DNA from: Planctomycetota bacterium
Lineage (GTDB): Bacteria; Planctomycetota; UBA1135; GCA-002748355
DNA length: 64,000 nt
Reading direction: 5' to 3'
NCBI GenBank assembly: GCA_027021385.1
Contig: JALUUL010000079.1
Coordinates: 126,329-190,328, forward strand
The translations under genes and the position numbers were made by a program. How positions within the stretch are numbered: the first letter of the stretch is position 1; every line of letters begins with the position of its first letter. Positions 45,688 through 56,103 of this stretch are shown here, piece after piece. Under the pieces are notes generated by a model. That model was given only the letters and a program-made list of their open reading frames with translations, did not search any database and was not told the DNA's origin.

Positions 45688-47829
45688 ATGACAAAGACGG
45701 AACGGAAACTCAGCTACGCCGAGACCCACGGGACCGGGAACCTCCTCGTCACGATCCTCCTCGTGCTCGGGATCCTCGTCGAGATCCTCTACTTGACGAA
45801 GGACGTCTCGATCCGGCTCGACCTGACCGAGGAAGGCCTCTACAGCCTTTCGCCTTCGACGAAGAAGGTCCTGAACAAGCTCGAACAGCCTCTCGTCATC
45901 GAGGCCTACCTGAGCAAGAAAATCCCGGGCTTCATGGTCGAGGAGCGCAAGAAGATCCGCAACCTGCTCGACGAATACAAGCAGGCCGGACGAGGGAAGG
46001 TCAAGCTGGTCTTCCTCGATCCCCTCGAGGACCAGACGATTCGTGACAAGGCCGCGCGCCTCGGGATCCAGGCCTCCCAGATGCCCGATGTCAGTTCGGG
46101 AAGCTTCTCGGTCATGGAGGTCTGGCAGGGGCTCCGGATGACCTACGGCGGGGACAAGCAATACGTCGTACAGGTCATCCCCAACGCCTCCGCCCTGGAG
46201 TCGACCCTGACCCCGAAGATCCAGGAACTCGTCCTCGGCCGGCGGCCCAAGATCGCGATTCTCTCCCGGAAGACGCAACCGGCGCCGACGAACCCCTTCA
46301 TGGCCCAGCAGCAGCGCGGAGGTCCCGGATGGGATCTCGTCCAACGGCCGATGCAGGGGCGTTTCGATATCGTCCAGATGGACGTCTCCGACGGGAAGCT
46401 TCTGCCCGAGGATCTCGATCTGCTGGTGCTGATCGAACCCAAGAAGCTGACCGACTGGGAGAAATACTGCATCGACCAGCATGTCATGCGAGGGGGGAAC
46501 CTCCTCGTCCTCGAGGATGTCGCCGATTATCAGGTCGACAATTTCGGCAGTTTCATGCGCAACAGCTTCGATCTGGACGCGGCCGACTCGGCCTACAAAT
46601 GGAAGGACCAGCTGGCGGCGTATGGGGTCGAGGCCAGCGGGAAGCTCGTGGCGGATCTCCTCCAGCAGGCGATGCTTCCCTACTACAAGATCGGCTATCA
46701 GATGGGCCAGCCAACCCTGGCCGGCATCGTTCCCTATCCCTACTGGTTCCGGATCCTTCCGGTCGACTGGTCGGAATACGCGAGCAAGCTTGTCGACGAT
46801 CCTTCCGCGGCCCCCGAACTCGCGAAGCGCCTCGGTCCGTCGATCGATCCGAAGCATCCGGTCCTCGAAGGCTTGCAGAAGATCCGGGTGTTCTGGCCGA
46901 CCGAGGTGAATCTCGCGGAGAAACTCCCCGAGGGCGTCGAGGGGAAGGTCCTTCTCCGGTCCTCGGCGCTCGGACTCGTCGAGGACCCGCCGCAGAGCGC
47001 CGTGCCCGACGCGCCCGGGTTTTTCAAGGGTCTGGCGGATCGTCTCAAGAACGAGCCGAAACGTCAGATCCCCTTGATGGTCGCTCTCAAGGGGAAGTTC
47101 CCCTCCTTCTTCAAGGGCAAACCGATGCCGGAGCGGCCGGGACAGGAGAAGGAGAGCGACGAGAACGGAGGTCTTCTGCAAGGAACCGAGACGGGGGGCG
47201 ACGCGCCGGCGGCCCAGGATTCCGGAGGGAAGACCGGAAAGTCCGGGACCGCCGGGGACCAGGCCGGGGAGAAGGCGGGGGACCAGGCCGGGGAGAAGCC
47301 CGATGCGAATGCGGCTCCCCAGGGGCCTCCGGCTCCGGAGGGCGGAGCCGGGGAGCAGGCCGAAAAGGGCGGGAAGGACGAGCTTCCGGCCAGGATCGAC
47401 CAGGGAGAGAAGGAGTGCCGGGTCGTCGTCGTCGGGGACAGCAGCTTCATCCGGGATGACTTCCTCCAGGGTGTCGGTCCGGCCCGACAGCCCAACAGCG
47501 GACAGGGGGGACCGGCCCTGTTCATGAACCTGCTCGATTGGTTGACGATGGATCTCGACCTCGTCGAACTCCGGACTCAGAGGACCGTGGATCGGACGAT
47601 GACCTACGTCTCCCAGGATTTCCTGGGCGAGTCACAGGAGGAATACAAGGAACGGGTCGCGGCGAAGAAGACCCTCCTCCGGTTCCTGAACGTTCTCGGG
47701 CCCGTCATTCTTCTCGTCGCCTTCGGGTTCCTGACCTGGTCCAAGCGGATCGGGGAGAAGCGGCGCTTCCTGGCCGAGGTCCAGGCCGACCTCGACAAGA
47801 GGGAAGTGGTGAAGGGAGGTGCGAAGTGA
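45688..47829 (+). CDS. GldG-family ABC auxiliary protein
   Basis: RLDLTEEGLYSLS.STKKVL..L, DQHVMRGG, VVVVGDSSF, NLLDWL, C-terminal TM. Confidence 0.9.
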   Translation: MTKTERKLSYAETHGTGNLLVTILLVLGILVEILYLTKDVSIRLDLTEEGLYSLSPSTKKVLNKLEQPLVIEAYLSKKIPGFMVEERKKIRNLLDEYKQAGRGKVKLVFLDPLEDQTIRDKAARLGIQASQMPDVSSGSFSVMEVWQGLRMTYGGDKQYVVQVIPNASALESTLTPKIQELVLGRRPKIAILSRKTQPAPTNPFMAQQQRGGPGWDLVQRPMQGRFDIVQMDVSDGKLLPEDLDLLVLIEPKKLTDWEKYCIDQHVMRGGNLLVLEDVADYQVDNFGSFMRNSFDLDAADSAYKWKDQLAAYGVEASGKLVADLLQQAMLPYYKIGYQMGQPTLAGIVPYPYWFRILPVDWSEYASKLVDDPSAAPELAKRLGPSIDPKHPVLEGLQKIRVFWPTEVNLAEKLPEGVEGKVLLRSSALGLVEDPPQSAVPDAPGFFKGLADRLKNEPKRQIPLMVALKGKFPSFFKGKPMPERPGQEKESDENGGLLQGTETGGDAPAAQDSGGKTGKSGTAGDQAGEKAGDQAGEKPDANAAPQGPPAPEGGAGEQAEKGGKDELPARIDQGEKECRVVVVGDSSFIRDDFLQGVGPARQPNSGQGGPALFMNLLDWLTMDLDLVELRTQRTVDRTMTYVSQDFLGESQEEYKERVAAKKTLLRFLNVLGPVILLVAFGFLTWSKRIGEKRRFLAEVQADLDKREVVKGGAK
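47251..47298 (+). repeat. 24-bp coding tandem repeat x2 (AGDQAGEK)
   Basis: GCCGGGGACCAGGCCGGGGAGAAG followed by GCGGGGGACCAGGCCGGGGAGAAG, in a low-complexity insert of the GldG-like gene. Confidence 0.85.
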
Positions 47830-49073
47830 GGAATCAGTATTTGCTTCTGGTCGTCTTCCTCGGCCTCGGGGTTCTCTCCGTCGTCAAGGCCGTCGCGGAC
47901 CGCAAGGACTACGTCTCGATCGAATCGATCCCCCGGATGTTCCCCGGCTTCACGGCGGACAACGTCTCGAAGATCGTGATCTCGAAACCGAAAGGGGAGG
48001 CTAAGGTTCCGGGGTCCGAGGAGGAGATTCCGAGGGAATCCCTGGCCTTCGTCCGGCAGGAAGGGAAGTGGATTCTCGGCTCCGGCAACTTCGCGGGGAT
48101 TCCGGCCAGGGAGAGCGAGATCAAGTCCCGGATCCTGGAGAAGATCCCCGAGATCGAGATCTCGACCTCCTCGCTGATCGTCGAGAAGGCGGACGACATC
48201 AAGCTCAAGGACTTCGAACTCGACGAGGCTTCGGCGGCCCTGATCGAATGTTACGGAGCCGACGGGGGAATGCTCGCGGGCCTCTACATCGGACGTACGG
48301 CCGGCGGGGCGGATCTGGGGGAGAAGTCGGCGGACGGAGTCTTCGTTCGAAAGAAGGGGGACAAGCTCGTCGTGAGGTTCGAGGACCGCTTCGACCTCGA
48401 TCTCGATCCTCAATCCTGGATCGATAAATCGATGCTGGACCTTCCCGAGGCGGATATCCGGGAGATCACCCTTCGGAACGAGAAGGGGGAAATCCAGTTC
48501 AAGCGTGAGGAAGGCAAGGGTTGGAAGGCGGTCAAGGGTAAGCCGAAGGACATGGGCAAACTCCGCGAATTCGAGGTCACCGCGCTCCTCGGGCGGGCGC
48601 GGAGCGTCTACGCCCAGGACTTCATCGCGATCAACGACCCGAAGCTCTGGCCTCGTTTCGGACTCGAGCCCCCGAAGATCGAGGTCCTCGTCAAGACGAA
48701 GGATGGAAAGGTCCACGGCCTGCGGATCGGCAAGATGGTCGAAGGAAAGCAGGAATACCATGCCGTCATCGCGGAGGGCCGTCTGATTTTCACGATGCCG
48801 GATTGGGACGTCACCGCCTTCGAGAAGGACCCGAAGGATTTCTTCGATCCCGCCTCCGCGAAGGAAGAAGGAGACTCGAAGAAGGAGAGTTCGGATGGCG
48901 CCGGAAAGAAGGACGGCGGGGATAAGGACGGAGAGGCTGCCGAGGTGGGCGGCCCGGGAAAGGGGGAGACCGGAAAGAACGAGGTCGACGCGGCGACGAA
49001 AGAAGGGGCCGGGAAGGCCGCGACGCCCGGCTCCGGGAAGCCAACGACCCGACCCGCGGGCGGCGGGAAATGA
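47826..49073 (+). CDS. DUF4340 domain protein
   Basis: GTG start overlapping the GldG stop, N-terminal TM, two FGL..P-type repeats; usual fourth gene of GldA/F/G modules. Confidence 0.8.
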   Translation: MRNQYLLLVVFLGLGVLSVVKAVADRKDYVSIESIPRMFPGFTADNVSKIVISKPKGEAKVPGSEEEIPRESLAFVRQEGKWILGSGNFAGIPARESEIKSRILEKIPEIEISTSSLIVEKADDIKLKDFELDEASAALIECYGADGGMLAGLYIGRTAGGADLGEKSADGVFVRKKGDKLVVRFEDRFDLDLDPQSWIDKSMLDLPEADIREITLRNEKGEIQFKREEGKGWKAVKGKPKDMGKLREFEVTALLGRARSVYAQDFIAINDPKLWPRFGLEPPKIEVLVKTKDGKVHGLRIGKMVEGKQEYHAVIAEGRLIFTMPDWDVTAFEKDPKDFFDPASAKEEGDSKKESSDGAGKKDGGDKDGEAAEVGGPGKGETGKNEVDAATKEGAGKAATPGSGKPTTRPAGGGK

Positions 49074-49230
49074 TTTTCCATGGAGTCCGACTTGCTAGGA
49101 TCCGTTTCATGAGGGGCCAGCGGTTCCGGCCCTTCCGCCGGAACCGCTCCCGCACGCTTCGAGGGGGGGGACCGGCGGCGGCTTCCCCCGGACCCTTTCC
49201 CCACTATCCCCTTCCCGGAGTCTTCTCCTG

Positions 49231-50850
49231 ATGTCCGCCTTCCGCCTCCTTCACTCCCTCGTCCTTCCTTTCCTCGCGTCCTCCTGGGTCGTACTCCCCG
49301 GTTCGGCGCAGGCGCCCTCCTCTGCTTCCGAAACCCCGATGCAGGTCGTCGAAGAATCCCCGAAGGGGAACGAAGGGCTTCGGAAGGCCATTCGGCGGGC
49401 TCTAGAGATCGAGAAGTCGCTGACCCCTTCGATCCGCGTCAACGGTGTGCTCCTGGACCCCGAGGAAATCGACCGCCAGACGATCTATCTCATCGGTCAG
49501 CGGCAGATGAGGCAGAAGCTCGTCGAGCTCCTCGTCGACGATCAGATGGACCAGCTCATCAAGGAGGGGAAGCGGAAGCCCGAGGATTTCAAGATCCTGG
49601 AGAAGGAAGTCCAGGCCTTCATCGCGAAGCAGGTCAAGGAATACAAGGAGAAGAATCCCGACAAGGACTTCTGGGAACAGCTCCGCAGGTCCAACACCTC
49701 GAAGGAGGAGTTCCTGTCGATGAACCGCAGCACCTTGTTGTTCGACAAGGTGTTCTTCCCCGGAATTCCGTCCAAGTGGCCGGACCTGACGAAGGAGGCG
49801 ATCATCGCGGCCGGAGGCGCCCAGGGGGAGGCCTTCTACAACCGTTTCGCCGACAACGTGAAGGAGGGGCAGGAGGTCCCGGGGCTCCTTCTGGCCATCT
49901 GCCGCCAGTGGGTCATGCAGCAACTCCAGAAGTGGTCGGATGTGCGCTATGCCTCCGACGGGCTTCCTCCCTCGATCATCATGCAGGTCAATGGCAGGGT
50001 CTGGAGGACGAAGGACGCGATCAAGGCCCTTTCCCTCAGGATCACGAAGGAGGACCGGGAGCGCGCCCTCGTCGAGATTGCCTTGAACGAGGCCCTGAAG
50101 GCCGAGTTGAAGAAGAAGGGGAAGTGGCTGACCGAGGAGGAATTCGCGAAGGCCTACGAGGAGTTCCGCAAGCCCTACGAGGGGTCGCCGTTCACCGTCG
50201 AGGTCGTGGCCTTGAACTTCAAGGGCTTTCCCTCCCTCGAAGCCTACAAGCAGCGCTGGCGCCTGGAGACCGCATTCTCCCGGATGATCGCGGCCGAGGT
50301 CAACGACGACAACCTCGCCAAACATGCGGAGCGCGCGAAGTCCTTCCTGGGAGACGGCCGTGTCTCGGTGGACTTCATCCGCCTTCCCGCGATGTCCAAC
50401 GCGACCGGGAAGTGGATCCCCGGCGGCTTCGAGAAGGCCATGAGCCTCGGGAGAAGGATCATGGACGATCTCGCCGCCGGAAAGCTCGGTTTCGAGGAGG
50501 CGATGAAGCGCTACTCGGAATGGCCCCCCGAACAGAAGCACCAGGGCCGCTTGAGTTCGAAGTCCTTCAACGAACTCCGCGGAGAACTGCGGGAGACGGA
50601 CTACACGGACTTCGTCCACGGATTCTCGATCGGCGCGATCTTCTTCTATGACATCGAAGTCGGATCGATCGCGGGTCCCTTCCGGGGCCAGGACGGCGTC
50701 TACATCGGAAGGGTGAACAGCCGTCAGCCGCCCACGGGAACCGTTTCGATCGACGACAAGAACATGCGGGACCTCGTCAAGCAGGATTACTTGAGCACCC
50801 GGTTTTTGAAATGGGCGAACGAGGTCGCCTCCAGGATCGAGATCCGTTGA
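49231..50850 (+). CDS. Secreted SurA/PPIase-like chaperone
   Basis: Signal peptide, two VNG-started helical domains, degenerate rotamase region (FEEAMKRYSE...IAGPFRGQDGVYI). Confidence 0.65.
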   Translation: MSAFRLLHSLVLPFLASSWVVLPGSAQAPSSASETPMQVVEESPKGNEGLRKAIRRALEIEKSLTPSIRVNGVLLDPEEIDRQTIYLIGQRQMRQKLVELLVDDQMDQLIKEGKRKPEDFKILEKEVQAFIAKQVKEYKEKNPDKDFWEQLRRSNTSKEEFLSMNRSTLLFDKVFFPGIPSKWPDLTKEAIIAAGGAQGEAFYNRFADNVKEGQEVPGLLLAICRQWVMQQLQKWSDVRYASDGLPPSIIMQVNGRVWRTKDAIKALSLRITKEDRERALVEIALNEALKAELKKKGKWLTEEEFAKAYEEFRKPYEGSPFTVEVVALNFKGFPSLEAYKQRWRLETAFSRMIAAEVNDDNLAKHAERAKSFLGDGRVSVDFIRLPAMSNATGKWIPGGFEKAMSLGRRIMDDLAAGKLGFEEAMKRYSEWPPEQKHQGRLSSKSFNELRGELRETDYTDFVHGFSIGAIFFYDIEVGSIAGPFRGQDGVYIGRVNSRQPPTGTVSIDDKNMRDLVKQDYLSTRFLKWANEVASRIEIR

Positions 50851-50931
50851 CCTCGAGAGGGGGCGGCCGGTACACCTGAGGAGACGGTCGCGGTTTTCCG
50901 GGGAAACGGAAGCCGCGCCGAGGGTGCTTGG

Positions 50932-52776
50932 ATGGGTGATTCCGGTCGAGGCCAGGGAGCGTCCCTGGGCCAGCTCCTGGCCCTGCTCGGGGGCTATCTC
51001 CTCCGTTATCGGGGGCTGGTGGCCGGGATCCTCACCCTCGGTGTCCTCCAGGCCGCCATCACGAAGGCCCCGTATTTATTGATCAAGGACGTCGTCGACG
51101 TCTTCAGTCCCCCGAGTTCCGGAGGGTCGGGATCGCTGCCCCTCTACGAAGCCCTCGAGAGCTTCAAGGACAGCCTCCTGGGGGCTCTGGGGCTCGAGGC
51201 CCTCCAGGGTTCGAGGGGGGTCGGGAATCGGCTCGCGGGGTCCTCCCTCCTCCTGGCGGTGCTCGCGGTCCTCGGGGGTGTCGTCATCTATTTCTACCGC
51301 TACCTCTCGAATCTCGCGGCGACCAGGGTCGTCGTCGACATGAGGAACCGGCTCTGCAGCCATCTCCTGTTCCTACCTTCCGGCTACTTCGGGAAACAGA
51401 GGACGGGAGACCTGATTTCCAGGGTCTCGAACGATACGAACACGATCCGCCATTCGTTCACGCTCGTCTTCGAGAACGCGGTCCTGGAACCCCTTTTCCT
51501 GCTCGTGAACATGGCGATCGCGTTCTCGGTGAACGCGGCGATGGGATGGTTCGTCGTATCGATGGTGCCGATCCTGGGCTTTCCGATGGCCCGTTTCGGC
51601 CGGAAGGTCCGGAAGGGGTCGGGGAAGAGCCTCGAGGCCCTCTCGGAGGCCACGGATGCGATGGCGCAGATGTTCGTGGGATACAGGACCGTCAAGTCCT
51701 ACCGCCTGGAAGAGCAGGAACTCGAGGAGTTCGAACGGGTCAACCTGCGCTTCCTGAGACGGACGATGCGGATGGTGCGGGCCAAGGGGGCCTCCCAGGG
51801 CCTCCTCTACTTGACCTACATGCTCGGGTTCGCGGGCATGCTCTACGGTCTGCAGTTCCTACCCCGGGGGGACCTGGCGGCTCTCGGGATCGGACTCGCG
51901 GCGGTCGGGACGAGCTACACGCACATCAAGCGGGCGGCCCGGACCTTCAACCTCCTGAAGGAATCCCAGGGCGCCCTGGATCGGATCCAGGAACTCATGA
52001 CCCTGCCGAAGACGAAATCCGCCGGAGAGGGTGGAGTGCGACTCGAGCATCCGGAGGGGAGAGTCGTCTTCGAGAACGTGACCTTCGCCTACGAGGAGGA
52101 AGCCGTTCTGTCGGACCTCAGTTTCGCCGTCGCTCCGGGGGAGAAGGTGGCCTTCGTGGGGCCGAGCGGCGCGGGCAAATCCACGATCCTGAACCTCCTG
52201 GCGCGCTTCCATTCCCCGAACGAGGGGCGCATCCTCTTCGACGGAATCCCGCTGGAGGAGATCGATCTGGATTCCTACCTCCGGCACGTCGCCCTCGTCG
52301 ACCAGAGCCCCTTCCTGTTCCACAGATCGATCCGGGAGAACATCCTCCTGGGAAGGCCCGAGGCGAGCGGGGAAGAAGTGCGGGCCGCCGCCGAGGCCGC
52401 GCGGGTCATGGAGTTCGCCGAGCGGCTTCCCGAGGGGCTGGACACGATCGTGGGAGAGGCCGGGAGTCTCCTGTCGGGGGGGCAGCGCCAGAGGGTGACG
52501 ATCGCGCGCGCGATGCTCCGCAATCCGGTGCTCCTTCTGCTCGACGAGGCGACGAGCGCCCTCGACACCGAGAGCGAACGGCTCGTCCAGGAGGCCCTGG
52601 ACCGCCTGATGGAAGGGAAGACCTCGATCGTCATCGCCCACCGCCTCTCGACCGTCCGGAGCGCGGACCGGATCTTCGTGCTCGAGGGAGGGAGGATCCG
52701 GGAGGCCGGGAATCACGAGGACCTGATGCGGAAGGAGAACGGGCTCTACCGGCACCTGCACAGCCTGCAGTCCTGA
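50932..52776 (+). CDS. MsbA-like ABC exporter (TMD plus NBD)
   Basis: TGDLISR..ND, GPSGAGKST, LSGGQRQR, LDEATSALD, IAHRLST. Confidence 0.92.
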   Translation: MGDSGRGQGASLGQLLALLGGYLLRYRGLVAGILTLGVLQAAITKAPYLLIKDVVDVFSPPSSGGSGSLPLYEALESFKDSLLGALGLEALQGSRGVGNRLAGSSLLLAVLAVLGGVVIYFYRYLSNLAATRVVVDMRNRLCSHLLFLPSGYFGKQRTGDLISRVSNDTNTIRHSFTLVFENAVLEPLFLLVNMAIAFSVNAAMGWFVVSMVPILGFPMARFGRKVRKGSGKSLEALSEATDAMAQMFVGYRTVKSYRLEEQELEEFERVNLRFLRRTMRMVRAKGASQGLLYLTYMLGFAGMLYGLQFLPRGDLAALGIGLAAVGTSYTHIKRAARTFNLLKESQGALDRIQELMTLPKTKSAGEGGVRLEHPEGRVVFENVTFAYEEEAVLSDLSFAVAPGEKVAFVGPSGAGKSTILNLLARFHSPNEGRILFDGIPLEEIDLDSYLRHVALVDQSPFLFHRSIRENILLGRPEASGEEVRAAAEAARVMEFAERLPEGLDTIVGEAGSLLSGGQRQRVTIARAMLRNPVLLLLDEATSALDTESERLVQEALDRLMEGKTSIVIAHRLSTVRSADRIFVLEGGRIREAGNHEDLMRKENGLYRHLHSLQS

Positions 52777-52798
52777 GGGGAGGACCTGCGGGCAGGAG

Positions 52799-53314
52799 TC
52801 AGGCCCCGGTCTCGGGGTCCGGCCCCAGGAGGACGACGGCCTGGACCTGGCAGAGTCCGGAAGCCTCCGATCTCCCTTCCCAGGTCTTTCCCTTGAGGTT
52901 GACGCGGTCCTCGGGAAGGTCGAGGCGTCGGGCCAGCGCCCTGCGGAGGAGGGGCCTGTGGGGGGCGATCCGGGGGCGATCGCAGACGAGGACGAGGTCG
53001 GCGGACAGGGGGCGCAAACCTCGCTCCCGGCACCGTTCGAGGGCCTCCTCGAGGAAGGTTCCCGAGTCCGCGTCCTTCCACCTGGGGGCGGTGTCGGGGA
53101 AGAGGGTCCCGAGGTCGTCGAGACCGGCCCCTCCGAGGAGGGCGTCGGTCAGGGCGTGGAGAAGGACGTCCCCGTCGGAGTGGCCCGCCGGGCCGACCTC
53201 GGAGTCGAGGACGACGCCCCCGAGGCGGCAGGGGCGCCCGGGCACGAGAACGTGGGTGTCGAGCCCGAGTCCGACTCGAGGAACGTTTCTCCAGGGGTCG
53301 GGTCTCGCGTTCAT
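52799..53314 (-). CDS. ispF: 2-C-methyl-D-erythritol 2,4-cyclodiphosphate synthase
   Basis: RVGLGLDTH, GHSDGDVLLHALTDALLG, DLGTLFPD, VNLKGKT. Confidence 0.95.
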   Translation of the reverse strand: MNARPDPWRNVPRVGLGLDTHVLVPGRPCRLGGVVLDSEVGPAGHSDGDVLLHALTDALLGGAGLDDLGTLFPDTAPRWKDADSGTFLEEALERCRERGLRPLSADLVLVCDRPRIAPHRPLLRRALARRLDLPEDRVNLKGKTWEGRSEASGLCQVQAVVLLGPDPETGA

Positions 53315-54048
53315 GTCTCCTCCCGGTCGTGACGAAGGGTCTCCCGGGCGAGGGGCTCCAGGAGGGGCAGATCTTCCGGATAGGTCACCTTGAGGTTCGT
53401 CGTAGGTCCGAGCACGCAGCGGACCTCGAAGCCGAGGCGTTCCGCGAGGGAACTCTCGTCCGTTCCGCGGAGATCCCGGGTCCGGATCGCCTCCTGCATC
53501 CGTTCGAAGACCTCACGGCGGAAGACCTGGGGCGTGGCCGCGGCGCGGATCTCGCTTCTCGGAAGGGTCTCCTGGATCCGCCCCTCCGGATCGACCCGCT
53601 TCAGCGTGTCCCGGACCGGATGGGCGCAGATCGCGGCTCCGGTCCGAAGGGCCGAGGAAAGGGCCTCGAGAGCCTGGCGTCGCGGAAAGAAGGGGCGAGC
53701 GGCGTCGTGGACGAGCACGAGATCGCAGGCGGAGAGTCCGGCCCCGCAGAGGGCGGCGTAGGCCTTCGCGCAGGATTCCTGGCGGTCGGCGCCGCCGTCG
53801 ACGACCGCGAGGACCCGGGCGCGCTCGAGGGCCGGCCACAGGGGGGGAAGACCTCCGCTCCGCGCCGCGGGGTCGATCGTGAGGATCGTCCCGAGATGCC
53901 CGGGGAGAGCGGCGAGTCGCTCCGCGCACCACTGGAGAAGAGGACGCCCCTCGACCTCGAGGAAGGGTTTCGGGATCTCCCCGCCGAGCCGGGAACCCGA
54001 GCCCGCGGCGAGGAGGAGGGCGGCGAATCCGAAGCTCTCGTTCTCCAC
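53311..54048 (-). CDS. ispD: 2-C-methyl-D-erythritol 4-phosphate cytidylyltransferase
   Basis: LLAAGSGSRLG..PK, GGADRQES, VLVHDAARP, DTLK, TPQVF, TDE, NLKVTYPEDL. Confidence 0.95.
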   Translation of the reverse strand: MENESFGFAALLLAAGSGSRLGGEIPKPFLEVEGRPLLQWCAERLAALPGHLGTILTIDPAARSGGLPPLWPALERARVLAVVDGGADRQESCAKAYAALCGAGLSACDLVLVHDAARPFFPRRQALEALSSALRTGAAICAHPVRDTLKRVDPEGRIQETLPRSEIRAAATPQVFRREVFERMQEAIRTRDLRGTDESSLAERLGFEVRCVLGPTTNLKVTYPEDLPLLEPLARETLRHDREET

Positions 54049-54095
54049 CCGCGCATGATCGCCTCTCCCCCTTCGTTCTGCTAGCTTGGTCCGCG

Positions 54096-54680
54096 ATGCG
54101 CATCCTCGGTATCGATCCCGGGACCCGGGTCGCGGGGTACGGCTGCCTCGACCTTCCGGAAGCCGGACCGCGTCCGGAGGGCGGGGGGAACTTCGCGAAC
54201 GAGCGGGCCCCCGTGGGAGGGGGACGGCCCAGGCTCCGGGAGGCGGGACTCCTTCGCCTGGGACCTTCCTCCCTGCCCGTTCCGCGACGCCTCCTTCGCC
54301 TGGCGGAACTCCTCGAGGAACGGATCGAGGCGCTTCGGCCGCGGGTCCTCGTCGTCGAGGAGGCCTTCGCGGGGCGTGGCCTCCAGGCCGCCTTGCGTCT
54401 CGGTGAAGCGCGGGGGGTCGTGCTCCTGACCGCGATCCGGGCGGGCCTGGAGATCGCGCAGTATCCGCCGGCGACGATCAAGCGGAGGGTGGCCGGAAAC
54501 GGGCGCAGCAGCAAGGAGCAGATGGCCCGCCTCCTGGCGGCCAGCCTCGAGGCCCCTCCGAGGGCCATGGAGGGCATGCCCCTCGATGCCTCCGACGCTC
54601 TCGCCGCCGCTCTTTGCCACGCGCTGAGCCTCGGGGGTAGGGTGGAAAAAGTCCCGACCCCCGGCCCCGGCCGCACTTGA
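54096..54680 (+). CDS. ruvC: Crossover junction endodeoxyribonuclease RuvC
   Basis: ILGIDPG, VVEEAF, LGEARGV, GNGRSSKEQM, DASDALAAALCH. Confidence 0.95.
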   Translation: MRILGIDPGTRVAGYGCLDLPEAGPRPEGGGNFANERAPVGGGRPRLREAGLLRLGPSSLPVPRRLLRLAELLEERIEALRPRVLVVEEAFAGRGLQAALRLGEARGVVLLTAIRAGLEIAQYPPATIKRRVAGNGRSSKEQMARLLAASLEAPPRAMEGMPLDASDALAAALCHALSLGGRVEKVPTPGPGRT

Positions 54681-54853
54681 ACCCCCCTTGCCGCCGTGGT
54701 AACAAGAACGGGCTTCCAGGTGGGAACCCTTCGCAAAGGGGGACTGAGGACCGGTACTTTTCTTTCGAGGAAGGGGGCGGGCCGCGAGGCACCGTCCTCC
54801 GGAGGTCCGGAGGAGAGGATCTTCCGGGCGATCCGGGAACCCAGGTCCCGAAC

Positions 54854-55846
54854 ATGATTTCCGGTCCGATACCACCTCATCCCCGTCTCGTGGTCGAAGG
54901 TCTGCTCCGCTTCCACCGGAGCCGGAAGCAGGGGGAGGCGGCCCCGCCGGCCGAGGACCCCGGTCTTCCGGTCCCCTCCGGCGCCGATTTCCTCGAAGAA
55001 GGTCTCGAACTCTTCGAGCAGGACCTCGTCCTCGAGGAGGGTTTGGCCATCGATTTCTTCGGAAAGGACGCGGGGGGGGCTCCGGTCGCCGTCCTCGCCA
55101 GCGAGGAGGAGGAGCAGGATGAACTCCCGCTTCGTCTCCTCGACCTCGATGCATGGTTCCGGCGCGGGCGGACCCTGCCCCGGGGTCTCCTGGCCCAGGC
55201 CTGTCCCGCCCTCGCGAAGGTCGAACTCGGGCATGGACTGCGCTTTGTCCTCGTCGCACATTCCTATGAGTCCCGATTCCTCGAACGCCTCCAGGGGCTG
55301 GACGCCCTGGACCTGACCGTCCTCGAGTTCGGAAGGCTCAGGGTGAGGGGCGAGGGGCTCTGGTTCCTGCGCGCCCTTCCCCCCTGGGACGGGGACCGGG
55401 ACGGCCGGCGTCCGCTGCCCGAGGGCCTGGCCGACGAGGACATGCGGGGGCTCGTGGCCCGCCTGATGGATCGGGTGCACGAGATCGATCCCCGGCCCGT
55501 GATCCAGGGCGATCGCTACCACCGTGAAATCTGGCTGCGAGGGGGCGTGCACTTCCGGGTGGAAGTGGACGGCGCTTCCGTGGAGATTCGGATCCCCGAG
55601 AAGGGGCAGCATTGGATCCTCGGGGACGAGGGGGACATCGACAGGATCCTCGACGCCCTGCTCCGGGTGGAGCTCGAGAGGGAAGCTCTCGGCGTGCCTT
55701 CCCGGGACGGGGACGCAGAATGGGAATCGCCGAGGAGGAAGAACGGCTCCCTGTCCACCCGCTCGGAGGACTCCGGGTCCGGGGGGACTCTCGGGGGGCG
55801 GGTTCATCTCTCCGAGGAGGAAATGGCGGCCTTCTTTCCAGATTGA
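54854..55846 (+). CDS. Hypothetical protein
   Basis: Acidic, protein-like ORF with host-like codon usage; ends HLSEEEMAAFF; no family recognised. Confidence 0.6.
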   Translation: MISGPIPPHPRLVVEGLLRFHRSRKQGEAAPPAEDPGLPVPSGADFLEEGLELFEQDLVLEEGLAIDFFGKDAGGAPVAVLASEEEEQDELPLRLLDLDAWFRRGRTLPRGLLAQACPALAKVELGHGLRFVLVAHSYESRFLERLQGLDALDLTVLEFGRLRVRGEGLWFLRALPPWDGDRDGRRPLPEGLADEDMRGLVARLMDRVHEIDPRPVIQGDRYHREIWLRGGVHFRVEVDGASVEIRIPEKGQHWILGDEGDIDRILDALLRVELEREALGVPSRDGDAEWESPRRKNGSLSTRSEDSGSGGTLGGRVHLSEEEMAAFFPD

Positions 55847-56103
55847 ACGAAGACCGCCCGGCTCTTTTCCGGGATGAAGCCGGCCCTCCCCGGGCTCCTC
55901 GAGTCGCGGGGAAACGGCCGGGGAACGGCCGCCCTTTTTCAGGGGGGCGGCGAGGACCAGCGCGGACCGGGAGTCCGGCGGGGAGGTCCATCGAGGATCC
56001 CCCGCCGGGGTCGCGGACCGCCGGAATCCGGAGTCAGGGTCATGACCACGATTCCTTCGAGCGGATCGCCGTTTGGCGCCCCCTGGGGGCGGGAGGAGGG
56101 GCG

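Noticed and set aside
47251-47298. Tandem repeat considered as a CRISPR or contingency locus
   Set aside because: It has only two in-frame copies with no spacers and encodes a flexible linker; no cas genes are present.
54156-54230. About 20-aa insertion in RuvC considered as an intein or mobile remnant
   Set aside because: It is too short, Gly/Pro-rich and lacks splicing motifs; most likely a surface loop.
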